From a virus, in IMG/VR virus record IMGVR_UViG_3300046361_000034, positions 19,006-83,005 of that record: DNA of 64,000 nt; one strand, 5' to 3'. The translations under genes and the position numbers were made by a program. Below the pieces are notes generated by a model that ran no database searches, had not been told where the DNA came from, and saw nothing but the letters and a program-made list of their open reading frames with translations. Each line of letters starts with the position of its first letter. Within the stretch, counting starts at the first letter, position 1. Of the stretch, positions 41,401 to 47,406 are shown piece after piece.

Positions 41401-42136
41401 TGTACTTATTAAAAGAACTCATGGTAATTATGATAACTTATCCCCTTTAAAAGTTAAACGTACTTTTACTGGTAGAGCTGCTAGTCAATTTAGAACTTGG
41501 TTATATGAGTCTATTGCTACTCGTATAGAAGATGAAAGATTTGATGCTAATTTAGGAGAAACTGTCAAAGGTAGATATAGAAGTGTAGGAAGTTTAGCTA
41601 ATATAACAGATAAAAATAATGCTGGAAATATTGCTTTTACTTTACTTAAAGGTTTCTTACAACAATTTAGTTTTGGAACTTTACCTATAAATGGTAACTT
41701 TGAAGAACTAATTGATGGGGAGAAATTTAAAGAAATTGATGCGGTAAATATGAGAAAAGTTTGTATGGAAATTGCATTAGCATTAGATTTGTATTTATTC
41801 TTACTATTAGTATCTGCATTTGCTGGAGATGATGATGAAGCTTATACTAATATATTATTAAATCAAGGTGCTAGACTTAAAACAGATTTATTATTGTATG
41901 TAAATCCTATTGAAGCTAGAAATATTGTTAAAGATATTATTCCTGCTATGAGTATTGTTAAAGATACAGGAGATTGGATGAATAGTGTTGGAAGGTTTGC
42001 TATAGGAGAAGATGAAATAGAAAGTGGAGTTCATGATGGAGATAGTAGAGTACTTAGTAATACTATTAAAATGTTACCATTTGGTAGTAAAGCATATAGT
42101 ATTTATAATTCAGGTTCACAACAATATTCTAAATAA
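26432..42136 (+). CDS. Giant virion polyprotein containing the crAss-type virion RNA polymerase, a P-loop kinase domain and a zincin-like domain
   Basis: 5234-aa uninterrupted ORF. Catalytic GSDFDVDK (DFDVD 35315-35329), GYRIPT and STDAQ motifs; Walker A GTSGSGKST (31040-31066); EEMIH...EFVA (38084-38098 onward). Confidence 0.9.
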   Translation: MALNPNFRKTVSSKDIVLPPDASSENPQQTVGDLGVQIGSPVSSTSHPLEDLGSLVQGYVETGKEKLLNLNLDEYAPYFGNNIGAFGSKEDLDKSRAFRQGSGEQFLNAAGRVAINVVPEMVSQLANAADFEDYFNSDQEVGNWVSNAINKFEVGVDKALPIYRENPDKPLDIGDNAWWFENGSSLVKSAAAFVGAGYLTGAAAGSLFTKGGEALKWLSTMGKESQLADTGKQIANAGATLANAMMLNQAEGVGIATDQFQKSYTRASNDLKASEEGKSLSDEEIDNQARKIAAQEATSALNFNKINILLNLTSANMFMKTSLGTRSLLNAPSLKHGLIELGREGAQEYGEEVINDISQNQATDKDYSFQKAMEYSMTAQGIESGLLGFIGGVGQTALTKAGKYLPIYSNRAYNQAYASHYQSMKNTDLTDIEKDAKAKELALRDVGTNKSRVSDKFNESSRYTQQQNALNRWQNLENSDKIGDISNAFSTTDEILALHKQIADAHASGDVAKAKSLEERTFGLQAKQAFQTGTTDAFEKTYKSFAALTHEEAEKKDIYTEGDENTPNYYKTRANEAVKDIQSLETIYNNSQAYLNSNDVYDMEEHKHYTNKAIKLNLENVTKEFNNALELYKNRPETLPSKTNSFVDLNSPSGYDLNKTQPNFKKTPSYRKIKAMLEADKIYRDNIGNIQEVIDLTTSSSYQEKLKNAINNSRKAVVKENKLKQVFKKRSEKKKEINTLVNTLAKQAKTEVNTNSVVEDVNTINDVIEPGKTLPVENIEEESVVTPKQDEVKKSFPSKPVFVNVPSFNDATINNKFIELKGIAENPDIYLEDSIDYLEKSIDAVRVAKDSNAIPSLEANNVEIGLNSLTEALNDLKAQKAQEVVKADVLKSIGRQLLNSINGEEDIDTNNTDSPSKQFDKAKQQREINLLMDYLNVLDNTGVDITDFKQVVNSFENSTSKAEVIKAFTKLKGLFMAYTGQEVEGSYAEIMYDSVEKQKLSDRYKGINKYNVIGDFYTAPKDDISTDALNSIADLAKLNGLDVNGSGVSTQIYNDTAANLLAYLSKKYKTTFTSKKSDSGHRYIEVTKSDLNNLLNEALNQRVLDPDFLSVGKEITFVPLDSVTLENGDLLYAKDVDVNEKPIGIAVDGELIDGLYLHDTGWININNIDNTSANIVNDQNTLRNLRAHILNSKIPVTTVVQERSAGVPILDESGELSTVLENTPDVEIGIIKEGSVFTGRESIVQTVNISRIDEGKGVIIIPFNNEKLALSVKRAKLDTGVIDSIITATELYLNGTKTELTDELDKTYQINILTSRGLEQYINQFIGYSSLDIKDKQSFSDKLINIADNISLIQFNNGRLYYGQGQEIGVNDIYPSKNNGEERQKDLKHFRQHLKKMYHHINLDLLGTDTGIKLMQNNKVLIPYNTYNEYAKSVMLSPYLSMKLDNGKTIYTLQSRIKFDLEKAFSSNNKAKNVIKSLSEPLDNTNVENTVQPLSEPKSNDISLPNGKTFSFNDVTEDTLSPAKENNNLPNVLLPIGTSGSGKSTFIKSLPQENLVIIEPDAMRVEFTGDINNKTKDKEIYEEATKRAIIAIKQGKQVVFDTTNLTKDKRLPFIEAIKKEIPNANIQYKLMELNPELAKQRIKAQIEKGENRANVSDETINRHAQAYQQMLEDIKEEPLTEFNDSPNLIGNENYDDLINSSSLIPGLSVTTQTSLVRSIVNDIYNEASDSAEPVKLNKQLKLAVESLEMIRDKAVEINHSKAGEINKVVEAVKANVKKLTKAVNLEYKKRNSVVGVINLDNYNELSIDEEQSIKDGGNDKLQLTEYTIDPKTTLTGRAKQMLEGITDKKVTITEDGKEFTTKTTLLNLNIFIPFDIVYNNLISILGKSNTNANMVQVDSKLIEKHGKHPDYVVHALEELSKHIETKPYLIDVMEKLKTAEPDVQNSFISALNKVSTNHIYVHALYDKPNNKYSLRINKAASKNITNLVLSEWQNNLNYSKLLSLDNDRIIYNFRAIDAFNKQFKEIADKNVNPNYKELSDLLKLVGIEIPIQLYNTWNKYGIKVKGTNQTLLDSFKFSTGIFKNIGKRLNSYNTNNAEWLNLSENNLYDDSSFTSLANLVSYYRVDLFNDSFKNANGDTIFGYTNDRYAITRALKLKTDVKLLSDLKSDVFAQDSVWLNQLLKKGDTIAINEESTFYKYFQYGTAESLKTKNALLGKTIDTLKPAELAKFHFSLFQNGGLKIGKDSDPTPIMQVIYPTMEEKANAFIFQVPGEYYKLTAEGKMHPSDKQKLVEILIYPEIQRILKHQADPNAVQIDGYKEGAGKFLLFPKLNDDARLFDKTGQLLDEVLLPEFNGIDFQNILQEHLYNHLMQIFKDTRENWKKFGIITTDKNSKQDQFQYIDASYKAAFAVQGINTTLLNYVINTTVANMNIQQLFIGDPALYYKGSSDAMTTGQLTADNQGKRLSADNAGAIQLLFPQGSTFNTLVIKDNYVSSKRADYIEKLYKGFPDIYGQYKKGTLMSNGKQSKGINSTDAQGYHTLEEHLDIMHSLGTLSLKDKTKILDTYNKTGKINKSDKALVLQPFKPRYVNNFNRFGVNARLYFKYSTLPLIKQFTQGTDLDVLREHMEKNKIQLVLHESAVKVGGSANIIDVYDSKGNIVIPVKWKSSLITNIPREGLGIQQDVPYNSKQKTVNDGTQQAKELFTNIMDIDGFIDPETGKAVTGRELSKTYLVKYKKSFLSKYNKLIQELDFDTKTHTIGNYDKLYKLLEDEGYNRNYSSNDIQGLETVKIGNKSVKFTVPLWLNTADSKIVALLNSIVDNKVRKRSFRGKSFVLASESGTQLKTIKDVNLSEVVKVGDWDGTLKGAWEDNENKGQMSYAEVLVPFKFWDNKGELLKLDEFMNDGVIDLTRLPEELLEIFGYRIPTSGLNLISNIKIVGFLPASYGDIVIAPADFIVQMGSDFDVDKLYTHMYNTHYNDVTKSLHIVNKDISSQHNNITQSIKVMEDRVKELSRNGVASAKDNNLIVALQQQINLLKESDLMQLKDIDEQVIQNDLLDIHKAVLNNPNVEVQKARTNPLSFGELPALAKEIYKESNRFFTPLANTYQQNKYLSARASKTAVGVFSLDTVFNSVLQYIEKPMYFTKVVKEGENMVTKDIRYTIGGYTTNALNNPKRLDGKWKSDSFIAFMATALDNGKEQLLGKLNINSDTFDFIRAANQLGLPENLVILMINQPAIKAYQLSKQFFEDVEIKPFNEDIENILSTTSIENLLKTVKGDDITSDRQQAYLSFFKELSSKGRQLKILQSAINSDSSGIGKNIFYSIKKAEQILNLPKSTEISNVDNLIGNYIYLNESPAYNKLSVEEQEGYINTKKEDGYILYNNVLIQPTSLGGMAGVYATMLNNQLWSKLYPYTDKNYYSIITSIIPADSDNSTIQGSADALQNSVTNYKSFLISNTFNLFTSKYTSITEARKDLLFDRENHLSLGSFISQIKNTKAYSNAMLDRLQIGRSNQIVDITGSIPTVITYQNAGSVEMDEEVIINSFIDMIVNPQDLGQFNGESINTKQLADLLITHQMINGGIQKSNQFIKYIPFKYLQKRGFYKAVESTNVVTNVDTVNQIRNTYYTQYLQHNPEEFYNEFYDIESPKFVNDYKNIVNGKLVGVDPQLSEKTNFVITNKANSEIYRIFKHDDMSGDFIEIDNLGWKGNNEYDINATFAARSSIYINQVDNYSNFDKLNGIDTSNFEEINDDVIENAEEHLPNPTETSNFLRLDRDTKSDNSPAIYNENKYDLVKKYYLDDNNLSIEDKYRLILKEVEANSTNPIVQYFSKKLVDIIPYLAETPLYVNTKLPVQGRATTTKLLGEPVRIEINPNLISSDEEMAEVLMEEMIHGLLKTEISKGSSEFVKSLNSIKNEVRSILIEKYGKEAFDTVDKKIVGKLPLKEGVERNLIYNVYNLDEFVAAAIKDKTFQAFLNSTESLDSTKSIFSRFVDYIKNLLVKLGVVPDKNLSAVLHEIINVVESPNFQVGRELVTPKYVRTVGYLNNKFNLTNNTNELRSKGNAEEIADFINRNIVNVEAVVKDNFVILTSKKLYEVNEDNSFGTEDIQDEGFGSNLVNYYQSLTLRVAKLKANIKKAVELKDFVRVADLTERYNVEKDKLVGVKKITAAVDLADKGEEDLQMIETILNRKMTSEDIVYARGVLNFWKDAKRLVFNERLNSSKPLTRIYGAIEGSAEALSDKLFKIEKTYMEEYIKKYTDQDINLDQQFKDYKDINIIQANVRDISSYDNILLSSIWSSVKHANIAATNEGNEKLESINNQLTKVVPVLKSLGNAELFEVFRQKNSNGKLTGHIINPYTDIFYKDRAKVLKKLNKDNTQTNFIKYLNWINQSAFDVDLESIFPTTGETDATTIVREELKQKLGAGVYSFWFKNQKNKIDSYNDHKFGQTQSLLAKYKLASEQDILNSDEANREYKFWIEKNSPYRLAKYAFQDNIKLSSEFGYTSQKYYEVIPKDSEYLDSNYDTISNNPELLEFYNTITDLFKDLKKYVPESQQKTLAYGGVPSLEKSIVELYTEHGMQLGVLPIQDIWTKSMQSSFGDNTSTIIDPVTNRPINEMRIPIIKDNYKEVQKYIKQKSAEYLIENNKAPSADIIKGFEEDIINEISEGKSFDLGKIAKVYTALVLAHKHKSKIEDSVKIANTVLNKYEETRLRPDGTPETDAMTGAIQRKGADQSFGNIKSAYESYINNVFYGDIHEEEGKGKKSLTKSEKLEKAKLLGLLNQLEVQHDNKLIEDELYKSTKDNLTEQLGNLGKTFIYSKAGDNVLKYVQLKLMGWNVLGGISNMGFGWLSNQIEAAGGQFFNKADLAYAYKLSLHSITKNASFNKLETDTARKIREGMDKWDILKDASHELYTSSTPSSFDSKLKFLKPFNVNQRTEYLNQAPLFIALSRNTMVDTTKGKISLWDGFDKDWNWNEAEYGAEPTEVINKMRIKLDVLIKRTHGNYDNLSPLKVKRTFTGRAASQFRTWLYESIATRIEDERFDANLGETVKGRYRSVGSLANITDKNNAGNIAFTLLKGFLQQFSFGTLPINGNFEELIDGEKFKEIDAVNMRKVCMEIALALDLYLFLLLVSAFAGDDDEAYTNILLNQGARLKTDLLLYVNPIEARNIVKDIIPAMSIVKDTGDWMNSVGRFAIGEDEIESGVHDGDSRVLSNTIKMLPFGSKAYSIYNSGSQQYSK
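27555..27695. other. CpG-rich phased DNA patch C
   Basis: 7 CpG and a run of codons rare in this gene (ACC, ATC, AGC, GGG, GTC, GCC, GCG); core aagtacctacct at 27638-27649. Confidence 0.35.
40930..41070. other. CpG-rich phased DNA patch D
   Basis: 5 CpG and rare codons (CTC, TCG, GCC, GCG); core gcctacaaa at 41024. Confidence 0.3.
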
Positions 42137-42189
42137 GTTTCATTATCTAGTTCACTAGAAACGTTAAATTTTTTATTAGGATTAAAATT

Positions 42190-42221
42190 AAAAGGGATAA
42201 CAGTATATGTTATCCCTTTTT
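42190..42221. terminator. Bidirectional Rho-independent terminator between the convergent arms
   Basis: 13-bp stem aaaagggataaca / tgttatccctttt with A- and T-runs on both sides. Confidence 0.88.
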
Positions 42222-42223
42222 AT

Positions 42224-42703
42224 TTATTTCTGTTTAAGAGAATTAGTAATAGTTTCTAATTTATTACTAAGTTGAGTAATACTAAGATTTTTTAATTTCT
42301 TTAAATCATCGACTAATACATAAACATCTTTATGATAAAGATAAATTAATTTTCCATCTTTAATAACTCTTTTATCTGTTCCATTTGGTCCTTTACTTCT
42401 AAGTCTACATCTAGCAATAATACTTCCAGACATTTTAACCTCAAATGATTTTTTAATATCATTATCAACTAGTGCAACAGGAGTTTCAGAATGAAGTTGT
42501 AAAAAGAAATTAACAATTTTTCGATAATCATTAAGAGTTTTTTCCTTAGTATTTGTATCATCGGCATAATACTTTTCACGTTTATCTAGACGATTAGTTA
42601 AAGTATTACATAGATTAAAATATTTTATATATTTTCCATAAGATATAAATGCAATAACAGCAAATAAAAAACAAAGTACACATAATATCAATATATTACT
42701 CAT
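42224..42703 (-). CDS. Hypothetical membrane-anchored protein
   Basis: 159 aa, N-terminal TM followed by a coiled coil. Confidence 0.6.
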   Translation of the reverse strand: MSNILILCVLCFLFAVIAFISYGKYIKYFNLCNTLTNRLDKREKYYADDTNTKEKTLNDYRKIVNFFLQLHSETPVALVDNDIKKSFEVKMSGSIIARCRLRSKGPNGTDKRVIKDGKLIYLYHKDVYVLVDDLKKLKNLSITQLSNKLETITNSLKQK

Positions 42704-42705
42704 AA

Positions 42706-43260
42706 TTAAGATTTTTTAATATTATTAATATTGGTTATTAGAGTAGATAAATTAGGTAATTTATTAGAAGTTGCACTAGCGTTTTGTAAACTTCCTAATA
42801 TATCTGATAGCATAATAAAATCATCACCTTTAGTATCTATTAAAAATTTAATTTTATCATTTATTACTTCTTGTTTTGAATAATTATATACATTATAATT
42901 TCCATTTGTGGCAGTAAGTCTTAAAGCAGGACAAGTTATACTTTCAGTATCAACAACTCTTAATCTATTAAACCACTCTTTATCTAATAGGTGTAATAAG
43001 TAAATAGCATAAAAGAATTTCCTATGTAAATCATTATAACTTGTTTCTTGATTTTGAATCATAGTTACTAATTTCTTTTCACTAGTTTCATAGCATAAAT
43101 TAATAAGATCTCTTTCTTTTTGAAAAGCATCTTTATCTTTAGATAAATCTTCTTCAAGTTCTTTAATTTTAATAGTTTTAATACTTCCAATAATAAATTG
43201 AATTACTACACATATTGCAAGTATTACAGCAATAGCAACGATAATGGCATGATTAATCAT
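42706..43260 (-). CDS. Hypothetical membrane-anchored protein (possible paralog of 42224..42703)
   Basis: 184 aa, N-terminal TM, coiled coil and a similar C-terminus. Confidence 0.6.
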   Translation of the reverse strand: MINHAIIVAIAVILAICVVIQFIIGSIKTIKIKELEEDLSKDKDAFQKERDLINLCYETSEKKLVTMIQNQETSYNDLHRKFFYAIYLLHLLDKEWFNRLRVVDTESITCPALRLTATNGNYNVYNYSKQEVINDKIKFLIDTKGDDFIMLSDILGSLQNASATSNKLPNLSTLITNINNIKKS

Positions 43261-43262
43261 AA

Positions 43263-43817
43263 TTAATTAGTTTTAAGTTTATAAATATAGTTATTAAAAT
43301 TAGTATGTGTATCAATAGTAGGAACAAATCTCCAATAATCCTCTACTCGTATAAAGTAATTGTTATGATTATAAGTTGTACCATTAGATAAATTAGTTTT
43401 AACTTCTAATTGAAGTTTATCAGTAGTTATAATAGGTAAAGAATAATAATAATCTTTAACTTCCTCTAACTGTTCAGTAATACCAGTTTTATAAGTATTA
43501 GTAAATTGAATCATAAGTAAAAAGATTAATAAAGCTAATTGTTCTTTATTACTCTCTCCATATAAAAATAGTTTAAATAATTCTTTAACCTCATGTATAT
43601 TAACTTGAGTTTGCTTTTCTTTAGGAATTACATCTAATACTCGTTTCTGAATATCTTGTATAATAAAATCAGGATAAAGAGGTAAACTTTGTAAAAGAAT
43701 ATTTACAATATCTGCTACTTCAAGTACGTGAAATCTATCATATATTGTATCGCCTTCTTGTGTTCGTGCTCTTTCTAATGCAGAAAATATTATAGCTTGT
43801 AATTTTTCATATTCCAT
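43263..43817 (-). CDS. Hypothetical protein
   Basis: 184-aa ORF tightly packed in the operon. Confidence 0.6.
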   Translation of the reverse strand: MEYEKLQAIIFSALERARTQEGDTIYDRFHVLEVADIVNILLQSLPLYPDFIIQDIQKRVLDVIPKEKQTQVNIHEVKELFKLFLYGESNKEQLALLIFLLMIQFTNTYKTGITEQLEEVKDYYYSLPIITTDKLQLEVKTNLSNGTTYNHNNYFIRVEDYWRFVPTIDTHTNFNNYIYKLKTN

Positions 43818-44842
43818 TATAGAGATATTATTTCTTTAAATATAAGTTCACGAGTTGTAGTATCCATAAGATTATTTTTAAATTTACTGTCAGCAGTTCT
43901 ATACTCTTTAGTGTTTTGTAGATAACCAGTAATACCATTAAATAATCCCCAACCTGTACCAATAAGTCCTTCTTGTCCTACACCTATATTATAATAAGTC
44001 CAAGCAGCCTCAAGAATATTTTTACCTTTAGTTGAAAGATTACCATATTTATCATCTGGTACTTTTAATACTTTTTGCATAATAGTTTTGGCTTCATCAT
44101 CTGTAACAGGTACTCTAGCAATATGAGAAAATGCTTCTTGATATGCAAGAGTTTGTTGGTCAACAATACCTAGTACTTTTTTAGATTGTTCTAGTTTATC
44201 ATTGGCAGAAGATGTGTGACGTATTACTACTCTATTACTTTTTGCCTGTAGAGCCATACTTAGTGTGTTGTTGCATACAACCCTAATTGGTGTAAACATT
44301 ACAACAATACTACTACTACCATCATGTGACATAGTAAGTAATAAGTATTTATCAATTTGGTCATTATTAATAACCATTTCGGCTTTTAGTTTACAAGTAA
44401 TAAATATAGTTTCACCGTTACCTAATGCACCTACTGTTTCATATTCAGCATATCTTTCTCCTACTATACTATCAATAAATTCAAATGCTTCGTGGTTTTG
44501 AATTACATGATACTTACTACCAACTATTCCTAAAGGCAAACCATTGTCAGTTCTCACAGTAGCAAACTTATCCTCAAACAACTCAATTCCTCTATATGTA
44601 GGTTTATTATCAATAAACTCTCTTGATATATGAGTCCGTTGTTTAGCTTCTTCAAAATCAAAAGTTTTAGTTCCTTGTACATATAAAGGCTGTTTATCAA
44701 CAATAAAATTTAATCCCCCAAGTTCAATAGCCTCTTTAGAAGTCATAGCTTCAACTACTGTACCTAATCCATGCCAAGCAGGTTCTTTACGGGTTACAAA
44801 TGATGCTATTCCGTTACGTCTAATGTTTAAAGTATGTGCCAT
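43817..44842 (-). CDS. DUF932 family phage/plasmid protein
   Basis: PAWHGLG, LGIVGSKY.VIQN.EAF.F, SHDGS, TPIRVVCNNTL and IRHT motifs. Confidence 0.9.
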   Translation of the reverse strand: MAHTLNIRRNGIASFVTRKEPAWHGLGTVVEAMTSKEAIELGGLNFIVDKQPLYVQGTKTFDFEEAKQRTHISREFIDNKPTYRGIELFEDKFATVRTDNGLPLGIVGSKYHVIQNHEAFEFIDSIVGERYAEYETVGALGNGETIFITCKLKAEMVINNDQIDKYLLLTMSHDGSSSIVVMFTPIRVVCNNTLSMALQAKSNRVVIRHTSSANDKLEQSKKVLGIVDQQTLAYQEAFSHIARVPVTDDEAKTIMQKVLKVPDDKYGNLSTKGKNILEAAWTYYNIGVGQEGLIGTGWGLFNGITGYLQNTKEYRTADSKFKNNLMDTTTRELIFKEIISL

Positions 44843-44846
44843 ATAG

Positions 44847-45089
44847 TTAATTTAATTTGATTACTTTATATTCTCCTTTAGGAAAAAAATCTTTTCTTTC
44901 GTTAAATTCTTCTTCTGTATACTGATTATGGAAATCATAATTATCTTTCATATTTTTAGACATAAATCTATTAATAAAAGCTTCTTTAGCTTGACCCATA
45001 GTACCTCCTTTAACTTTTACATAATGATCTCGCATAAGATAACCAGTTATAGTAGTATGAGTTTGTCCAAATGTAAAATACCAATCCAT
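44847..45089 (-). CDS. Hypothetical protein (YFTFG motif)
   Basis: Start placed at ATG 45089 (MDWYFTFGQ), 1 nt after the upstream stop. Confidence 0.6.
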   Translation of the reverse strand: MDWYFTFGQTHTTITGYLMRDHYVKVKGGTMGQAKEAFINRFMSKNMKDNYDFHNQYTEEEFNERKDFFPKGEYKVIKLN

Positions 45090-45090
45090 A

Positions 45091-45309
45091 TTATTTAAGA
45101 TTAAATTTATTTGCAAAATATTTAACTACTTCAGGAATAGACTTTTTATAATAAGGTTGATTATCCATACACCATAATTTAAGTTCTTCTTTATTTTCAA
45201 ACTTTTTAGTAATAGATTGTCCTTGCATTATAATATTAACTTGATATTCAAGTTCATCAATAAATGCTTGTACAGTCCATCCTTCCCAAACGTGTCTATT
45301 TAAATCCAT
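45091..45309 (-). CDS. Hypothetical phage protein
   Basis: 72 aa (WEGWTV..FI...WCMDNQPYYKK), tightly packed. Confidence 0.65.
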   Translation of the reverse strand: MDLNRHVWEGWTVQAFIDELEYQVNIIMQGQSITKKFENKEELKLWCMDNQPYYKKSIPEVVKYFANKFNLK

Positions 45310-45310
45310 A

Positions 45311-46147
45311 TTATATAATATTTTCTTTAATTACTATCTCTTTTACTTTTTCAATCAATTCTTCAATAGTACCAGTGTTATCAATAGTATAATCAAATTC
45401 TGCATTATCTAATGCTGTTTCTGATAGATGAAATGCTCCTTGCTTATTATTAAATTCTTGTTGTTTATTTGCTAAATTCTCAGCATAACTTAAAGCACTG
45501 TTATCATAAGATAAAGGTCTATTAACACGAATACTAATTCCTTCTCTATCTTTAATAGCTTGAAGTTCATTAGGAAATCTCATATCTGTGATAATCCAAT
45601 TAGAATAACTTTCTACCTCTTTAATATTTTCAGGAGTACTTCCTTTATATACCATTATAGGTTTATATCCACTAAACAAAGCATTAACCCATCCATTAAT
45701 ATGAATAGTATTTCTCATACATTCAGTACCAAGTAATTGAAGTAACATTCTGTATGTTAATGGTTGCTTATAAGCAGTTTGCCAATTAATACGTTTCTGT
45801 TCTTCATATTCTTCTTCAGTACAAGTCATACTCCACATAACAGTTTCTCCATTACGATTACCATGACCAATAGCATAAGCATATCTAATCCAATCTTCAC
45901 CAATTTCAGTATCTTTGAATTTAGCATCTTCTAATTGTTCTCTAGTACAACCAGTCCATAAACATACAGTATCTTTAAGAGTATCAGCAAACTTTTTAAT
46001 ATAAGTATTAGATGCTCTTTGTAAGGCTTCTTCATTAAAAGTTTCAAAACCAATATATTCTCCTTTATTAGGTATAAGAAGATATTGTATAATCTTACCA
46101 ACAGTATCTTTACCACTTCCTATTTTACCACTAATTCCTATAAGCAT
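45311..46147 (-). CDS. Deoxynucleoside monophosphate kinase (T4 gp1-like)
   Basis: IGISGKIGSGKDT, FAD.LK, R.LLQ.LGTE..R, ITDMRFPNE and H.SE motifs. Confidence 0.88.
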   Translation of the reverse strand: MLIGISGKIGSGKDTVGKIIQYLLIPNKGEYIGFETFNEEALQRASNTYIKKFADTLKDTVCLWTGCTREQLEDAKFKDTEIGEDWIRYAYAIGHGNRNGETVMWSMTCTEEEYEEQKRINWQTAYKQPLTYRMLLQLLGTECMRNTIHINGWVNALFSGYKPIMVYKGSTPENIKEVESYSNWIITDMRFPNELQAIKDREGISIRVNRPLSYDNSALSYAENLANKQQEFNNKQGAFHLSETALDNAEFDYTIDNTGTIEELIEKVKEIVIKENII

Positions 46148-46224
46148 ATATCATATTTTAAATTAATTTCTTCTTCTGTAAATTTACCTAATCTTCCATT
46201 TCACATTCTTTGGTATATAAATAC

Positions 46225-46479
46225 TCATCTTTTTAATTTATTTAACTTATCTTTAAAATCTTTAATTATTAAATTCAGTTCTTCTAATTTAGTTAATTGA
46301 ATAGTAACTGACATTTCTTTATCATCAAAATCTCTATCTACTATACTAATAGTGGGTGTAGTACATTCTCCTGTACCATCTGATAATTGTACTAATTGAC
46401 CATACATTGAATACATTACAACAAGGTCTATTGAGTATATATGAATATCAGTATTTTTAGTATCTTGTTGTATATTCAT
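46225..46479 (-). CDS. Hypothetical protein
   Basis: 84-aa ORF in the operon. Confidence 0.5.
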   Translation of the reverse strand: MNIQQDTKNTDIHIYSIDLVVMYSMYGQLVQLSDGTGECTTPTISIVDRDFDDKEMSVTIQLTKLEELNLIIKDFKDKLNKLKR

Positions 46480-46944
46480 TTAGTCTATTATTATTAGTTC
46501 GTATTTATTATTTTCTCCACCATGAGGTTCACAGTTAAAACTAGTACCAAAGTATTCTAGTTCATGTATATTATTTCTAAAATATCTATCAATTTCCATG
46601 ATTTCATATATTCCTGGATTTCTACTATAAGTTCTTAAAGTATTAGTACTATCAAAATGTGCAGTAGAATTTATATGCTTATATACAGGCCTATTAAAAC
46701 TATCAATTCCTCTGAATTTAATTTTCATTTCTAGTTTAATACCTATATCAACAGTATGTTTAACTTCTACAGGTTTACCGCAATCATTGCAAGTATATAA
46801 AATTGCAAAATAATTTCCTTTATTAAAGAGTTTAGCATAGTCTTTAGATGGTTTTCTATAAGTACTAGGATATAAATAAGTTCTAATTACAGGCTTAGCA
46901 TGGTGACAAAAACAACATATATTTACTTCAACTTCTTCACTCAT
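46480..46944 (-). CDS. Hypothetical protein, N-terminal CxxC...CxxC Zn ribbon
   Basis: CCFC...CNDC; the C-terminal half (FRGIDSFNRPVYK...CEPHG) looks like a separate small domain. Confidence 0.55.
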   Translation of the reverse strand: MSEEVEVNICCFCHHAKPVIRTYLYPSTYRKPSKDYAKLFNKGNYFAILYTCNDCGKPVEVKHTVDIGIKLEMKIKFRGIDSFNRPVYKHINSTAHFDSTNTLRTYSRNPGIYEIMEIDRYFRNNIHELEYFGTSFNCEPHGGENNKYELIIID

Positions 46945-47167
46945 TTTTTCTTAGGTTTAGGTCATTTCTAGTTTCATATATACTTCTACCAACTTGTATA
47001 CATATTGCCCAACCAGGTACAGTTTCAGTAGCTAACATAATACCAACAAAATAATGGCTTTGAGCTTCTCTGTATTTTGCACTATCGGGTTTATATCCAA
47101 ATTCCTGCATACGTATCATGAACTGATGTTCTAATTCTTTCTGTTTTTTAATTGTGATTTTTGCCAT
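46937..47167 (-). CDS. Hypothetical protein
   Basis: 76-aa ORF overlapping the next gene by 8 nt. Confidence 0.55.
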   Translation of the reverse strand: MAKITIKKQKELEHQFMIRMQEFGYKPDSAKYREAQSHYFVGIMLATETVPGWAICIQVGRSIYETRNDLNLRKNE

Positions 47168-47183
47168 AGCTTGTTGTTTAGTT

Positions 47184-47216
47184 AATACCTGTTAATCTTT
47201 ATGACTAACAGGTATT
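47184..47216 (-). terminator. Intergenic stem-loop (terminator or processing site)
   Basis: Minus strand aatacctgttagtc-ataaa-gattaacaggtatt, 14-bp stem; weak U-tail. Confidence 0.5.
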
Positions 47217-47230
47217 TGTTATTTAATAAT

Positions 47231-47371
47231 CTACCTTTCTGCTTCTTTTAATCCTTTGTACCGATTATCAAATCTATTCATTTCAGTATTATTAAAAATT
47301 TCATTACAGACTTCTTTAATTCTTTCTAATGTTACTTCTCCATATTTTGGATTACTTTTATCATCTTCCAT
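47231..47371 (-). CDS. Small hypothetical protein (46 aa; not in the ORF track)
   Basis: MEDDKSNPKYGEVTLERIKEVCNEIFNNTEMNRFDNRYKGLKEAER; fills the gap with normal codon usage. Confidence 0.55.
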   Translation of the reverse strand: MEDDKSNPKYGEVTLERIKEVCNEIFNNTEMNRFDNRYKGLKEAER

Positions 47372-47373
47372 TA

Positions 47374-47406
47374 TCAATTATCCATTAATGCACGTTGTTG
47401 TATAAA
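47374..47406 (-). pseudogene. Orphaned original 3' end of thyX (FIQQRALMDN*)
   Basis: Aligns with the current ThyX C-terminus YLQYRELINL*; starts immediately after the HNH stop codon. Confidence 0.55.

Noticed and set aside
46138-46227. Possible TGA read-through extension of 46225..46479 (two in-frame TGAs then ~20 sense codons)
   Set aside because: Isolated case, TGA is a real stop elsewhere, and the extension has no recognisable motif; more likely a decayed gene remnant.
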